Origin: Carcharhinus amblyrhynchos
Lineage: Eukaryota
Length of the DNA: 64,000 nucleotides
Assembly: GCA_965287045.1 (NCBI GenBank)
Contig: OZ336883.1
Span: 31,620,001-31,684,000, forward strand
Reading direction: 5' to 3'
The notes below the pieces were generated by a model. The model ran no database searches and was not told where the DNA came from. It saw only the letters and a list, made by a program, of their open reading frames with translations. Every line of letters starts with the position of its first letter. The first letter of the stretch is position 1. This document shows, one piece after another, positions 25,400-39,679 of the stretch. Both the position numbers and the translations under genes were made by a program.

Positions 25400-26060
25400 C
25401 TAGAAATATTGTAACATGAAGACCCTCCTCAAAACCACCTCTTTTTTGTTGTTAGCCTTTTCTCCAAATATTTCCTTCTCAAGTTCAGTATCCATTTTTG
25501 TCTGATTACACACCATGAGATGTCTTTCTACTTGAATGCGACAATAGAATTTCAAGAGGTTCTTGAATGTCAAGCACGTCAAAGGCAGCAGAGAGGATGA
25601 GGAGGTACCGAAAACCACAATTATAGGGGAGGCTGTTTTTGACTGAACAATGCAATCAGTGCTGAACAATGTGGAATCTAGATGGGAGAAGCTTGAAGAA
25701 GAGGAAGCAACAAATTTTCAAGATGCTGTAGTGTGGAGTAATTCAGAAATTAGGCAATAAGTGGAGAAATTGGTGAGATGAAGGGGGATTTTTTGATCTG
25801 GAGATGGTAATAGTAGTTTTGAAGGAGGACTGTACAAGAGGATAGAAATATGTCAAATTTATCAAATTCAGTGAGCTGTGAGTTGAGTACATGTTGGGTG
25901 GCCATGATGTGGGATTGAAGAGAATTGAAAGAGTGGACAGGATGAGATGAAGACTGTTGGGTATGTGACAGAGAATGATGTGAATGTTGACTTGGCTGGA
26001 TCGAAAGCAGGGAAGAGAATTTGGAGTTAAGGGAATTATATGGGGTTGTCAGAAGAGGAA
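25400..26060 (-). mobile_element. Old L2-like LINE fragment
   Basis: Purine-rich + strand; antisense translation resembles the L2 ORF2 linker/RT start; heavily decayed. Confidence 0.4.
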
Positions 26061-26964
26061 GCATGAGCTATTTAGATGATTTTAATTTTGGACACAAAAG
26101 TGAGTAAGTTTCTTTCAGTTCAAGTTCAAGCAGAAGGCAGAGGAGCTACGGGAAAAAAATTGAAATCACTTCTGTGGTGAAAATGCCAATGATTAAGCAA
26201 ATATGTTAGAATAAATCAATTTCCTTAGCTTTAATTTGCACATTGTAGAACCTGACTGTGTTTTCCCACTGTCTCTACTCTATATCACTTTACTCTAAAC
26301 AGTAAATCTTTGCTAGTAAAGTCACTTTAGCACAATATTAGTATGCCATGTGTTATCATAAAAATACATTGCTCTGTACAGTACAATTTTCTATTTACAC
26401 CCAAATTTGCTTACTGTATTTAGTTTTATTTGTCTAAATATTTACTTGAATATTTGTTCCTGCCAAATTCAGTGTATATAGAACTGAATTTAGATTATTC
26501 TCTGCATCCTGTTTGCCTGCATGGTCTTCTGTGACCTTTTGTTCACCCTGCTGAGAGTATGAAAACACATTGAACACTTTATGTAATACTGTCAAGGTCT
26601 AAAGGTCACAGAATGGTGCATTGTATAGTTAAATGAAGTGACAGATGAACTTTGCTGCTGGACAACAGTAGTCTTTTGTAGCCATTACCTATTTTTTCTG
26701 TTCTCCTTTATCTCTTTCCTTTGAAATTCTGTATTTTTGTATTTGTATGGTTCTGTACTCCAATTTCCAGATTCTTAGGCTTTCATCCATTGTAGTTCCA
26801 TAGCTAAAAGAACCTAATACAAATGATAAATAGTCTACAGTTCAAACCTATGTTTAGAAATGTTTAGCAGGGGTGCTTGGCATGACATGACAAAAAAAAT
26901 CAGTTTGATTAGATATTGAAGAGTGTGACAGGCAGAAGTAACTGAACGTTTTTTTAAAATTTTT

Positions 26965-27598
26965 AGTCAAAGTTTTACCACAGGTTTGAGATCCCAAAGT
27001 CAGGTTGGAAAACGGGTCCTGAATCCGTATTCGCTAGCAGCGAGATCAGGTCATCAATTTTACCACAGATAGCCCCCTAAATGGCAGCCTCCAGGCCTGC
27101 CTTCAAATTCCAGGTAGCAGACATTCCCGAGACTTCTGCTCAATCAGAGAGGCAGGAGCTCAAGTCTCAGGAATGTCACTAGGAGAGGTGGTGCTACTAC
27201 AGTAGGTCAGAAACACCAGGACCATTTCAAAATAGCGGCACCCTCCAAAAGGTATGTAAAAAAAAAATAAAATTTAAGGAGCCATAAACAGTAGATTCTG
27301 CTGGATGGAAAGACAACCCATCCTGATGGCCCATTGGGCCATAATGATGGCCTCCCCTATTCCTTGGCCCCCTTTTTAAGCCAAGGAGCATCAGTGACTC
27401 CAGCAAAATGCTGGGCCTTTAATTATTTAAATCAGCATTTTCCTCATTGGAAGGTATCATTCCACTCACAGCTTACTGCTGAGAATCTTTCCAGCAGTGG
27501 GACTGCTTCAGGGAACGGTTCAGATGGATCTTACTGCAATTTTTCTGGTCATCCCTACCTCTGTTTCTGCCACCTGGGAGCCGGTAAAATTCTGTCCT
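26965..27598. mobile_element. MITE-like non-autonomous DNA element
   Basis: Imperfect terminal inverted repeats gtcaaagttttacc..ggtaaaattctgtcc; GC-richer than flanks. Confidence 0.45.
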
Positions 27599-27731
27599 TT
27601 GGGGTTGACATAGAAAACAATCATAAGCTTGCATGTAATGTGAAGCTTTCTGTTAAATAAATTGGTGAAAGGATCTTGCAGAGTTACAACACCTGGTATC
27701 ACTAACCAGTTGGCGTTTTAATTTGTAACAG

Positions 27732-27788
27732 ATAGTGTCTGCAGTGCAGTACTGTCATCAAAAGCAAATTGTACACCGAGATCTTAAG
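27732..27788 (+). CDS. MARK3: MARK3 exon (~7): IVSAVQYCHQKQIVHRDLK (catalytic loop)
   Basis: Acceptor taacag|, donor AAG|gtaagt; 57 nt; HRDLK motif. Confidence 0.97.
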
Positions 27789-28319
27789 GTAAGTCCTACT
27801 TCAATCAAATGCAAAGTGGTCAGCTGATTGTAAAACACTAGCTAAAATGCTATTGGGTTTTTGTATTTTATGGTGTAAAATGAAACTTAGATTGATATCT
27901 TTTTTTCCTCTTTCTAATTCGTATTTGAAGGTGACATTGAATTTATATTTCCTGTGAATAAAATTCTGGAAAAAGTTTATTAAACTTTAAGCCTTTTCCT
28001 TCTTCTGCACTACTGTATCCTTTCTAATAATATAAACAATCTTCAAGCTCTGAATGAAGCTACTGAGAAATGTACACCCACCTGCAGCATTTCTACATTC
28101 TTTCTCTCCAGTTGGACCGACCCCTCTGCCCTGGTCCAGAGAAATCACGTGCAGGCTAGCAGAACTGTCTTTTGAAGTCCAGGATATGCTACTGACCTCT
28201 TACCAACCCATTTATCAGAGCTGCTTTCCTCTGCTTGTCACCTAAAACCGTAAGCCAAGTTTGGCTTGCAAGGTTGCCTGGAACTGAGAGGAAAAGTCAG
28301 CCCTATGTCTAATTTGTTT

Positions 28320-28492
28320 AATGATTTCAAGAGGGAGATAAACATATTTCTAATTTTAAAAGGAAAGAGGGATATTGGGAACAGGTGGGGAGGTGGATTT
28401 GAGATCAGGGAGAAATTGGGCATGATCTGATTGAATGGCAGAGCAAGCTCAAAGGGCTAAATTTGCTCACTTCTGCTCCTAATTCCTATGTG
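28320..28492 (+). mobile_element. CR1 3' end
   Basis: tttcaagagggagataaac..gatctgattgaatggcagagcaagctcaaagggc..tctgctcctaattcctatgt. Confidence 0.7.
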
Positions 28493-29156
28493 ATAGATTT
28501 ACTACTTGAAGTTCCATTAATGATCCACAGTAGATTATCAATCACCAGCTCAAATACTGCAAACCTGCCTGCTTTGGGTATCAAATTATTAAGTCTGCCA
28601 CAAATGGTTGGTTCATTTTTGAGCATCTCTGCCACATGTGAAATATTGGAGTTACCTTGATCCCAAAGAGATCTTTCTTCCCATAAGGAATAGATTCTGC
28701 CCAGAAGCCTGAATCATCTATCACCATTATCTAATTTTTATGAAGTTCCACTGTGTCTTGCCTCTATTTAATTCATTTAACTGTTACATTTCAAACCAGC
28801 TGATATTAAATCAAACAGAGATTTGATCTTGCCTTCAGCTGTGGTTTTTGAATTTCATTCTGCTGCTATAAGCAATGTTGAAGATTAAGAACGATGCAGT
28901 GTTCAGTTCAATCAATAGCACACAGAAAAAGCCTGATCAATCAGATGTTACCCATATTTTTTATCCAGGAGATTTGACAGTGATTTCTGAGGTTGCATTT
29001 CCAGTGACAGGAGGGGAAGCTTTGTCTCAGGATGGAGACATTCTCTAGCTTCCTCTTTTCTTTAATCCTTTATCAGTATTATCTGTGAAATTATCTTAAG
29101 CTAAAATTTCTCACCTCTGATACTGTTCTGTTTAAATAGGCTAAGGAAAGATATTA

Positions 29157-30040
29157 GCCGTGGTTTTCCTGAATTGGGACAAAGCGCTTATGCTGGCAGA
29201 AAAACAGGAATGTTTCTCACTGACATTAGCAGTGCCTGTCAGGTGGAATTCACCCACCTGAAAGATGCAAATAAGATCATTTTGAGCAACCCATTAGCCA
29301 GCCACACTGTTCTGAGACCGGGTTGCCATTTTTAAAGGGGCCCTGATTTCTGCGCTTGGTGACAATCACTCACCAAAGAGGGACATCACCCTCTCCACGC
29401 CCCCAGGCATGAGGGTGACTCAAGCCTCCCCCTCTCAGACACACACACTCCCCCCTTCCCCCATTCAGGCCCCCTTCATCCCCAGAGACCTCTCACTCAG
29501 GCTCCCTTCAAGCTGCCTGCCTTGGCAAGGGTGGGTTGAGTTGGGCGTCTGAGGAGGAAGGCATCTGAGTGAGGGGTCTGGAAGGGTAGAGGAGCTGTGT
29601 GATAAGGGAACCGTGGGGGGTCTTTGGGACAGAAATGGGGCTGTGTGGGGGAAGTCTGAGGGGGGACGGGAGCCTGTGGGGTGGGGGGAAGGGTCAGGTC
29701 GGATAAACCTCATGCCTGCGTGATGCAGAGGGGAAGGTGCCTCTCATTGCTGAGAGCTTGGTGATCCTTCCTCAACTCTCGGGGTCCAATATGTCAGGTC
29801 CTTTCTTGTGAGAACTTGTACCAAAGCCCACCCATTGCAGATCCTGTTGAGGAGGTGGATTAATAGCAGAAGGTATTTGAATTGGGCTTCAGGCCCGCCA
29901 ATTATATTTAAAGTGGTTAATTTGAATATTTATCTGGGAACCCGACCGGGGCTGCCAGGGGCACCAAACCAGTTTTTTGTTTGATGCCCATTTCTCTGGG
30001 TCATCTGGTTACTCACTGGGAATTGGTGGGAGAATCCCCC
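29157..30040. mobile_element. MITE-like element with C-rich left and G-rich right interior
   Basis: Termini gccgtggttttcc..gggagaatcccc; internal gccatttttaaaggg motif. Confidence 0.45.
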
Positions 30041-30251
30041 TATTCTTTTGTAGCTTCTTCAGGTTAACATTTCAGTTCAACGGGTTATATATTTTTATTT
30101 AACCCTTGGGTGCTATCAAAAAGAGCTCTTATAATTAAACCTGTATTGGATTAGATGACAGATAGTGAAAACTTGTGTATGTACTTATATACTTTTGTAT
30201 ACATGTTTTTCATTTATGGATTAATTTTTGCTGTATCTTTTTCAAATGTAG

Positions 30252-30533
<282 letters not shown>

Positions 30534-31568
30534 TAAGTGACCTCGTAATGATTTTTTCAACTTTAATTTACTGCCTAACTTTGTGTAATGCGTTTGAATT
30601 CGTCACTATGAAACAAAAGCATTTGGAATCACTTAGTTACATCAGCAGTTAGCACTTCATGTTGTAGCCCCTTGTATTTGTCCTCTATTCATTAGCAAGA
30701 CAAAATTCATCATAATAAATTGACTGAAACATGCATAAATAACTCAATCATATTATTACATTCAGTGACTTTTCACATAAATTTTGTTTTAAATAGTAAC
30801 AAATATTACACATTTTGCAGTTAACACTATAAGTCTTTGTTTACCACAAGCTTGTTTAGCATCTTTTTTGCAGAGAGGAATTTTTCTGTGTTTACCGATA
30901 CATTGCTTAAAACTAAGTGTTGGAAATAGTCTGCATGTCAGGCAGCATCTGTAACAAGAGAAACGGGGCTGTTTGCTTATTGTTCCCTTAAACAATGCAG
31001 TAGTCAGAATCGCAACAGCATTCAGTAGCAAGACATTCCCTGCCTTATGTTTTAAAAAATTATCCTAAACCACCCTCAATTCATTAGTGACCATTTTAAA
31101 TGGTCATTCCCTTCCTGAGCACAGTCTTTGAATACATGCAAAAAGGTGAAAGATGTCCTTAAACCAAGGAAAACAACCTTATTTTTTGTTTCTAACAAGT
31201 TTGATTACATGGATTCTAGTGTCAAACTTGGTTGCATTGAATTATTTTTAAGTAAAATAATAATACACATGTAAATGGGTAATTCATATATGTATGTTTG
31301 TTTGTCTAGTTAACTTTTTCTTTAAACTCTATATTGCTGAAGGTCACTGATGGTGAGATATTCTACTGAACTCATAGCCTTGAAAGATGCAACATTTGAT
31401 CCCTAGACTCTATTGAGGTGGTCATTGTGCCTCCAAAGAAAAATTATAAATCTAAGCAATAAATCATTGCATAAATTATACTTCAGAGGCATTTTAAGTC
31501 TTTAATAACAACTTTTTGAATTTAATAATGTCCAGTATGATTTAATTATATTGAATTTTGTATTAAAG

Positions 31569-31688
31569 GAACTAAGGGAAAGGGTACTCCGAGGGAAATA
31601 CCGAATTCCTTTTTACATGTCTACGGACTGTGAAAATCTCCTTAAACGCTTTTTAGTGCTCAATCCTTCTAAAAGAGGCACACTAGAG
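31569..31688 (+). CDS. MARK3: MARK3 exon (~9): [40 protein letters not shown]
   Basis: Acceptor taaag|, donor GAG|gtaaga; 120 nt; kinase C-lobe. Confidence 0.97.
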
Positions 31689-33196
31689 GTAAGAAACCCT
31701 GATTGCATTGCTCCTGTTCCATTGGAATAGTAAAATTTTGTCACACCACTATTCAGACATGTATTGGTAAATGGCCAGCCTTTTCTCAAATACGCAGATT
31801 ATGGTGGATTTATGTTGTTGGAACTGTCCTTAAAAATAGTACTTACTGAAAACATGGCCTTGTCACTTGTTTATCTTTTGCACAGCTATAAATGTTTTAA
31901 AAATATAAGTGTAGCCAAATAGACAAACATGTTTTGCTATTACACACATCTTGCTACATTATATCAATATTTGCATAGGGAAAGGATGCATTTAGTTGGC
32001 AACAGTGTAGCCACCCACTTTTTTAAAAAAAAATCTTCACTTTCACATTGATGTACTTAAAACTAGCAGGATGGATACTGACACAAACCTAAAAGTAGAA
32101 TGCAAGATTTAAAGTATTTCAGGCGGAAGAGATTAGAGTGAGGGTAGGCACCAGAGAAGGAAAAGAATGGATATTAAATGCTGTTAGTCAGCAAACCCAC
32201 TGCACTGTAAAAGTAGCCCTGCAATTATGGTAAGACTGAACTTTAGTAGATTTTCAGCATTTTAACTTAAAAAAGAAACTGATTTCTACAAAGCTTCTAT
32301 GCACATTTTTATTGCCAGAGATTTTTTTTCTCAGTGGAGCATTGCTTATTTTCTAATGATCATAGATTTTGGCACAATAAATTCAAATAGTTATATGCCA
32401 TGCAGCAATAATAAATAATGTTTAGAAGGTTAATTCCCCATTGATGTGACAACATCATGCTTTGCAGGAAAATAAATGTTCAATTTTGAGAGTGCAGATA
32501 AATTAATTTGTGTTGAGTTCTCATAAATTCAATTTGATCTCAGTAATATTAGACTTTGATATTTCCAGGTGCAAGGAACACAGTCCAAATTTGATCAGCA
32601 GCAACCTCAGAGTTACTAATAAGTTCACTTGTTCCAAACTTAATCATTTATTTGCTATACACTTAGTTGTAGCTTCCATTTTAATATTTTTTGTCCTGCT
32701 TATATCTTCAATACTTACAACACATTTTTCATGGTTGTATTACAACTGAATTTGTTCACAAAATTTCACTCTAATCAGATTGTTTACCTTTGAACTTGAG
32801 GCTTTTACTTTTTCATCTTTTTGGTGTTTTTTGGTCAACATGGAAATTCAGAAGCTGTTATCAGTAAATCCACACTTTTTCATGGGGCGCACTGTTGAAG
32901 TACCCACAGACTGTATTCAAATAGCTAGTAAACCAGTCTCACTGTTAAAAGGCTTGAAAAGGTTGTGCTTTGTTGAATAAAATGTAATTGGATTTCTAAC
33001 AGCATAATAAGTTTATAACTACTACTGAAAAGTATTTCTGGCTCTGAAAAATCTAATTTTATATTTACAGAATGTTAAATATCTCTCTAATTTATGGCAT
33101 TTTAGCTTCAATCTTATTCATATGTGTACACCCCAAGTGTTTATTTCACTATTTGCAAATTTTAAAAAACGAAAAGTGGAAGGATTCGGTGGTTTT

Positions 33197-33500
33197 CATA
33201 GAATCCCGACAGTACAAGATGAGGCCATTCAGTCTATCAAATCTGCACCAACACAATCCCACCCAGGCCCTATAACCATAACCCCACATATTTACCCTGC
33301 TAATCCCCAGACACTAAGGGGCAATTTAGCATGGCCAATCCACCTAACCCACACATATTTGGAAGTGTGGAGGAAACCGGAGCACCCCAAGGAAACCCAC
33401 ACTAACAGTGACCCGAGGCCGAATTTAACCTGGATCCCTGGTGCTGTGAGGCAGCAGTGCTAAGCATTGTGATACCATGCCACCCTTGTGCCACCGTGCC
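33197..33500 (-). mobile_element. HE1-like V-SINE
   Basis: catagaatcccgacagtac..ctaaggggcaatttagcatggcc..gaggaaaccggagcaccc..gctgtgaggcagcagtgctaa. Confidence 0.85.
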
Positions 33501-35581
33501 ATTTTACTTCCTGGTTTGCTGTGTATGAAAATGCTTCAGTGTGAATAGCTGCTTATCCTGTTGATAACATCACTGGTGCTGGATGCCAGGAGATCCCCTT
33601 GACTTGACCTCAAATTCAAACTGACATCAGGAAAGATGAAGTCCATGCCACTGAGATCTCTAGATTTTGTGGGCAATTTCCTTTTGAGGTTATAATGTGT
33701 GCTGTTGCTTTGCCACTAACTGCAAAATTCAGGCGTAACTTGGTTCAACTTGGAAGTGATTTAGAAAGGTTATCCAATGAGTAACTGAGTCATATAGATT
33801 AGGGAAGCTCAAGGTTTGAGCCTCAGTTTGTGGTATATTAGTTGATCACCACTTGAGTAATGGTATAATGTTACATGAGGCTTCAGTATTATTATTGTAA
33901 CCTGCTGATTCTCACTATCTAGTCTTAGATAAATGGACCATTTGATAGCCAGAATTTCTGCTCCTAAACACTATCCAGCAACTCCCTCCACATTTTACTG
34001 CAAGTATATTAATTTGGACACTAGATAAAAAGGGATCAGATTTGGCAATAATGCACCTCTAGTCACATAGCCTCCCAACAGTCATTATCAAATCTCACTG
34101 GTAATGGTCATTCAGATGTGGTACTGGCAGTGAATAATGCCAATACAATAGCCAAGTAAGGAGTCAGCACTTGAAATACTTTAGTAATTCTTCTATGTCT
34201 AACACAATGAGCTGTTTATTTTGGGTTGGAAGATGGGGCGCCAAGTTATTATAGATAGTGCATTTTTTAACAACCTAGTGGATGGGAATTTGTTGACCAA
34301 GCATAGATGATTTAAAATACATCACTACCACCCTATTTGTTAAGTTGAAAGCTGTAATCCTGCCAAAAATGCAATCAGATAGAATTGAAGTGATGAACAT
34401 TTCCACTGACAAAGCAAAGATCTTCAGTCTTACAGCATTTCTGATCAATACTTTCAATGAAGACTAAAATTTGCTTTCCATTTAAAAAGATACTTAGTTG
34501 GCTTTGTCAGAAAAGGCAGCTAAGTATAGGCTGTGCCGAAGAAAACCTTTTTTAATATGCTTTGGAATTTTACACTTTACTTTAGATCTTGTATTGTCCA
34601 TCCTTCTACATGTGAAATGTAAAGTGAAAACCTTATGTGTTAATCTCATAACCTTTATTGTCGTTTGATCATTTCAGTAAATTGGAATTGCTCTCTTTTC
34701 CTTTCTCATTTTCCTTTTGACCTTCTTTGACATTTATCGATAAAACTACAGAACCAATGTTAAAATAATTTGTCCCTTTTTCCTCTTTCTGCTGTGATAA
34801 GTACCGAGACTGCACATTGTATCTTTACATGGCAACACACCCAAGGTTGCTGCTTAGGAAATTTTAGAAACAAATTTGTAACACTAAAGCAAATATACGT
34901 AAATACCAGCTTATTATATGCTACTTTTAATAATATAAATTGTGAAATTCTGGCTCAAAACTTCTGCAATCATCGAAGATTACTGGCCACAAAACAAAAG
35001 TTAATTCAGTCAAATCATATTGCCTCTCTTCTAACTTTGCCATTTCCTTTTAAGGACTCGAGTGAAAATAATTTGGAGGTACAGAAACAAAAGGATGAAA
35101 ACAAAAGTCATAATACAGAAAGAGATAAATATCACACAAAAATGCATGGAACAGAAAAGGCTTTGGGAAGTAATAGTAAGCTTCCTGATGAGATAAAACA
35201 GGAACAGTAGAAAAGAGCAAAATAATTTGCTCCTGTAGCAATGTACAGAGCAACAAAAGCGAAGAGACAGAATCGAAAGTAGTAATTAAAAGTGAGGAAA
35301 CGGATGTAATCATGATATTGGAAACATGGCCTTTAGCAGTGCTTGATTGGCAGTTAAATGTTGCAAGCTGTAATGCATTGAGAAATCTTAGGGCAGGAAG
35401 AAGGGATGTGAAGCAGGCGTATTAATTGGAAACAACAAAAGTAAAGTATTCTAGAGACCTAAATACTAAGAGAAGAATTGAAGTAAGGATATTATCACTA
35501 AGGGATGAGCAAAATAAACTCTCAAGAGCTGATGTTGAAATCCAAGAATACTGAATAGAGACTTTGCCTCAGTTTTGACAA

Positions 35582-36398
35582 TTGAAGAAAGGTCGGATCT
35601 CAGACAATGATGAGATGGAGTACAGGAAAGAGGTAGAGAATCTGGTGAGCTGGTGCAACAATAATAATCTCTCCTTCAATGTCAACAAAACGAAGGAGAT
35701 AGTCATTGACTTCAGGAAGCATAGTGGAAGACATGCCGTTGTCTACATCAATGGGGATGAAATGGAAGTGATCGATAGTTTCAAGTTTCTAGGTGTCCAG
35801 ATTGCCAACAACTTGTCCTGGTCCCTCCACGCTGATGCTATAGTTAAGAAAGCCTACCAATGCCTCTCTTTTCTCAGGAGGCTAAGGAAATTTGGCATGA
35901 CCGCTATAACTCTCTCCATCTTTTACAGATGCGCCATAAAAAGCATTCTTTCTGGTTGTATCACAGCGCGGTATGGCTTCTGCTGTATTCAAGACCGCAC
36001 AAAAGTATAAAGGGTCATGAACAAAGCTCAGTACATCTCACAAACCAGCCTCCCATCCATTGACACTGACTCTGTTTACACTTTCTGCTGCCTTGGAAAA
36101 GCAGCCAGCATAATCAAGGATTGTGTGCACTCAGAACGTACTCTCTTCTACCTCCTTCTGTCAGGAAAAAGATACAAAATTCTGAGGACTTGAACAGCTT
36201 CTTCGTAAGCTGCCATTAGACTTTTGAATGGACCTGCCTTATATGAATTTATCTTTTTTTAGGCTCTAGCTATAAGTGTAACACTACATTCTGCATCCTC
36301 TCCTTTCCTTCTCTATGTATGATGTGCTTTCTCCGTCTAGCACAAGAAACAATACTTTTCACCGTATACTATTACACGTGACAAATCAAATCAAGTCA
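35582..36398 (+). mobile_element. Rex1/Babar LINE 3' fragment
   Basis: WCNNNNLSFNVNKTKEIVIDFRK..SFKFLGVQI..LSW..KKAYQCLSFLRRLRKF; tail aaatcaaatcaa. Confidence 0.88.
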
Positions 36399-37021
36399 AG
36401 AGGGCTATTATCACTGTTAAGTTAGAAAGAAAAGCAATAGTAGATAAACTAGCCAAACATAAGGAGGACAAATACCCAGGTTCAGATGGATTCTGTTCAT
36501 GGATACGTGGAAGTAAACAAAGGAGGATTAACTAGAAGCATTGACAGATATATTAACCACTGGGAAGGAAATCATCAGAAAGAGAGTGTCTTCAAAAAGA
36601 AAGTAAAGATAATCCAAAGGAAAATAGAATAATCAGCTTAATGCATTAGTAGAAAGAGATTAGAATTCTTGCTTAATGATGAGATACCACTGATTTAATT
36701 TTTAAGAAGACTGGATTTCTTAGCAGGAAGTTTATAGGTAAGAGTAATGTACTGAATGTGGCAGACATGGATTTCAAAAGGTTTTCATAATGGTACTATG
36801 TGGGATTCATAACATCCAGGCATGTAAAGTCAGGGACGAGGCAGTCAGGAAATAGAGTGTGGGACAAGTGGAGATTAGATTGAAAGATGGCTACATCATA
36901 GAAAATGCTAAAAGTTAGGAGAGTTTCTCAAACTTGTGGAAAGTGGGTAAGAGTGTCCACATGAATCCATATGTATCCACTATTGTTCACTACTTCATGA
37001 ATAATTTGGACATTGGAGATG

Positions 37022-37242
37022 TGGGGCAGGATTTTCCTCCCTCTCTGTGGCATGTTATACCAGTGGCAGAATCTTTCCCCCCCTGTGGCTTGTTATACTA
37101 GTGGCATGTCTTATGGTCCTGCTATCGTCAATGGGGGTTTCCCTTGAACACACCGCTCACCGCCGGAAAACCTGAGGTGAGGGTATGCTGTTGGCGGCAC
37201 CGTAAGTTCCAGCCGGCATAAACAGCAGCAAAATATCGGCAG
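37022..37242. mobile_element. Short MITE-like element with an internal ~37-bp tandem duplication
   Basis: Termini ggggcaggattttcc..gcaaaatatcggc; ctgtggcatgttataccagtggca is repeated as ctgtggcttgttatactagtggca. Confidence 0.45.
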
Positions 37243-38619
37243 TTATGTCAATATTTGCAATTATGTCGATTTGGGGCTAGAGTATAGAAGACTGATCAAA
37301 GTATAATAAGTAAATAGAGTAGCAATGTGGATGGATAATTTGCAATTTAAATTCAATATATCAGTGTGTAGGTGAATGCATTTTGTTTGGAAAAATAAGG
37401 TCACCTATTCCACTGGAAGATATGAAATTAAATGAGTTAGCGGAACAAGGATATTTGTGAATAAATTGCTGAGGTGTACTGTACACAGTTTTAGTCTCTA
37501 TAGCATAACAAAAGATATTGAAACGCTTGAATTGCAAGATGGTGCTAGCAAAATTAAGAGGCTATAACTAACAAAAATGTTTGAGCAGACTGGGGTTCCT
37601 TTCTCTGAAAGAAAGGAGACCCAATAGAGGGATCTATTCCCAGTGGAGACAAAATAGTCCAAAGCGAAGGGCTAAGTAATCAATGAAAGGGTTTTGGAGA
37701 AATTACATAGAGTGGTGAGAATATGGAACATACTGTCATGAGGATTGGTTGAAACATATAACATTGACATAATTAATAGGAAACATAATGCATACATGAG
37801 GGACAAGGGGACAGGATGGGAAAAGATAATTAGCATTGAAGAAAGCTCATGTGAGGTGTGAACAGTAGACCAGTTGGGCCAAATACAGCTGTAACTGTGA
37901 AATAATTTCATGGTATGTCAAGGGCAGTTAGAGGTGAGCAGTAAATGCTGGCCTAGCCAGCGAGGCCCAAATGCCATGAATGAATAAAAATGTGTAAAAC
38001 TATGGCTTGTTCTAATGTAACACAGCTGAGACCAGTATTATATCAGCATACATACTACTGCTTGAAACATCAGCTACTGGCACAGAAATTTATTTTGGTG
38101 AGAAGCAACCTGATGGTTATGCAAATAAGTATACAGCAATTTGGCCGTGATGATCCATAATTGATCTTGGCCGAGGGGCACTGAGAATAAGACAATGCGT
38201 TTCAATGGCCAACAACATGGAGGAACCCTGTTCTTGTTGATGACTGTCCACTGTCTCCTGTGGAAAGTATGCTCTGATGGATTTCAGATGAGGACAGGTT
38301 TATACCATTCACCTCCATGATCCAGCAGCCAGCTAAAAGTCAATATCTGAGTTCATAGACAATAAATATCTCTTGCTAATATGCTGCAGCTTGTGCATAT
38401 GGAGCCAAACTTCAAGTGAATAATTTCCTTCACGCACAATGGGGAGAAATGATTGCTATGTGAGTTTCAGATAAGCAACAATAACAATGGGTCAACCTTA
38501 GTTCCATGTCTTTTCATACAGGTCATGATGTGGATATGCCGGCGTTGGACTGGGGTAAACACAGTAAAAAGCCTGACAACACCAGGTTTAAGTCCAACTG
38601 ATTTATTTGATAGTAAACT

Positions 38620-38655
38620 CACTAGCTTTCGAGGGGTTTCCCTCTTCTTCAGGTG
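38620..38655 (-). ncRNA. Minimal type I hammerhead ribozyme, copy on the other arm
   Basis: Reverse complement reads cacctgaagaagagggaaacccctcgaaagctagtg, identical to the + strand copy. Confidence 0.8.
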
Positions 38656-39679
38656 AATGGAGAGTTCTGACCTCAGACAGAGCATATAAAGCACAGACAG
38701 TTTACAGATTATTGATTAGAATGCGAATCTTTACACCTAACCTGCTGTTCAAGTCCTAAAGTGGCCAACAATGTAAGTGAAAGGAGCACTGATCACAGGT
38801 TAAAGAGATGTGTATTGTCTCCAGACAGTACAGTAAGTGAGGTTTTGCAAATCACGGGGGTTACAGATAGTGCGACATGAACCCAAGATCCCTGTTGAGA
38901 CCGTCCTCATGTGTGCGGAACTTGGCTATCAGTCTCTGTTCAGTGACTCTGCGCTGTCGTGTGTCGTGAAGGCCGCCTTGGAGAATGCATACCCGAAGGT
39001 CAGAGGCTAAATGCCCGTGACCACTGAAGTGTTCGCCAACAGGAAGAGAACAGTCTTGCCTGGTGATTGTAGAGCAATGTTCATTCATCCGTTGTCGTAG
39101 CGTCTGCATGGTCTCCCCAATGTACCATGCTTCGGGACATCCTTTCTTGCAACTCGGCCAACATTGTCTACCTGATAGGTTGCAAGAAAGGATGTCCCGA
39201 AGCATGGTACATTGGGGAGACCATGCAGACGCTACAATAACGGATGAATGAACATTGCTCGACAATCACCAGGCAAGACTGTTCCCTTCCTGTTGGTGAA
39301 CACTTCAGTGGTCACGGGCATTCAGCCTCTGACCTTCGGGTAAGCATTCTCCAAGGTGGCCTTCACGACACACGACAGCGCAGAGCCGCTGAGCAGAGAC
39401 TGATAGCCAAGTTCTGCACACGTGAGGACGGTCTCAACAGGGATCTTGGGTTCATGTCACACTATCTGTAACCCCTGTGACTTGCCTGGGTTTGCAAAAC
39501 CTCACTTACTGTACTGTCTGGAGACAATACACATCTCTTTAACCTGTGATCAGTGCTCCTTCCACTCACATTGTCGGCCACTTTAGGACTTGAACAGCAG
39601 GTTAGGTATAAAGATTCGCATTCTAATCTGTAAACTGTCTGCGCTTTATATGCTCTGTCTGGAGCCAGAACTTTCCATT

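Larger units (their letters stand above)
35290..37900 (+). mobile_element. Decayed CR1 LINE (endonuclease to 3' end) carrying nested insertions
   Basis: DVIMILETW (APE motif) at ~35305; atggatttcaaaag (MDFK) at ~36770; CR1 3' region to ~37890; interrupted by a Rex1 piece and a MITE. Confidence 0.6.

Noticed and set aside
34770-35210. 146-aa sense ORF with a charged C-terminus
   Set aside because: No MARK homology or convincing splice sites; it adjoins a decayed CR1 and looks like low-complexity A-rich sequence.
38861-39471. Functional GIY-YIG gene or domesticated nuclease
   Set aside because: The fragments are 5'-truncated, the right arm has an in-frame TAA, and no RT or promoter is present; the apparent ORFs are products of the palindrome.
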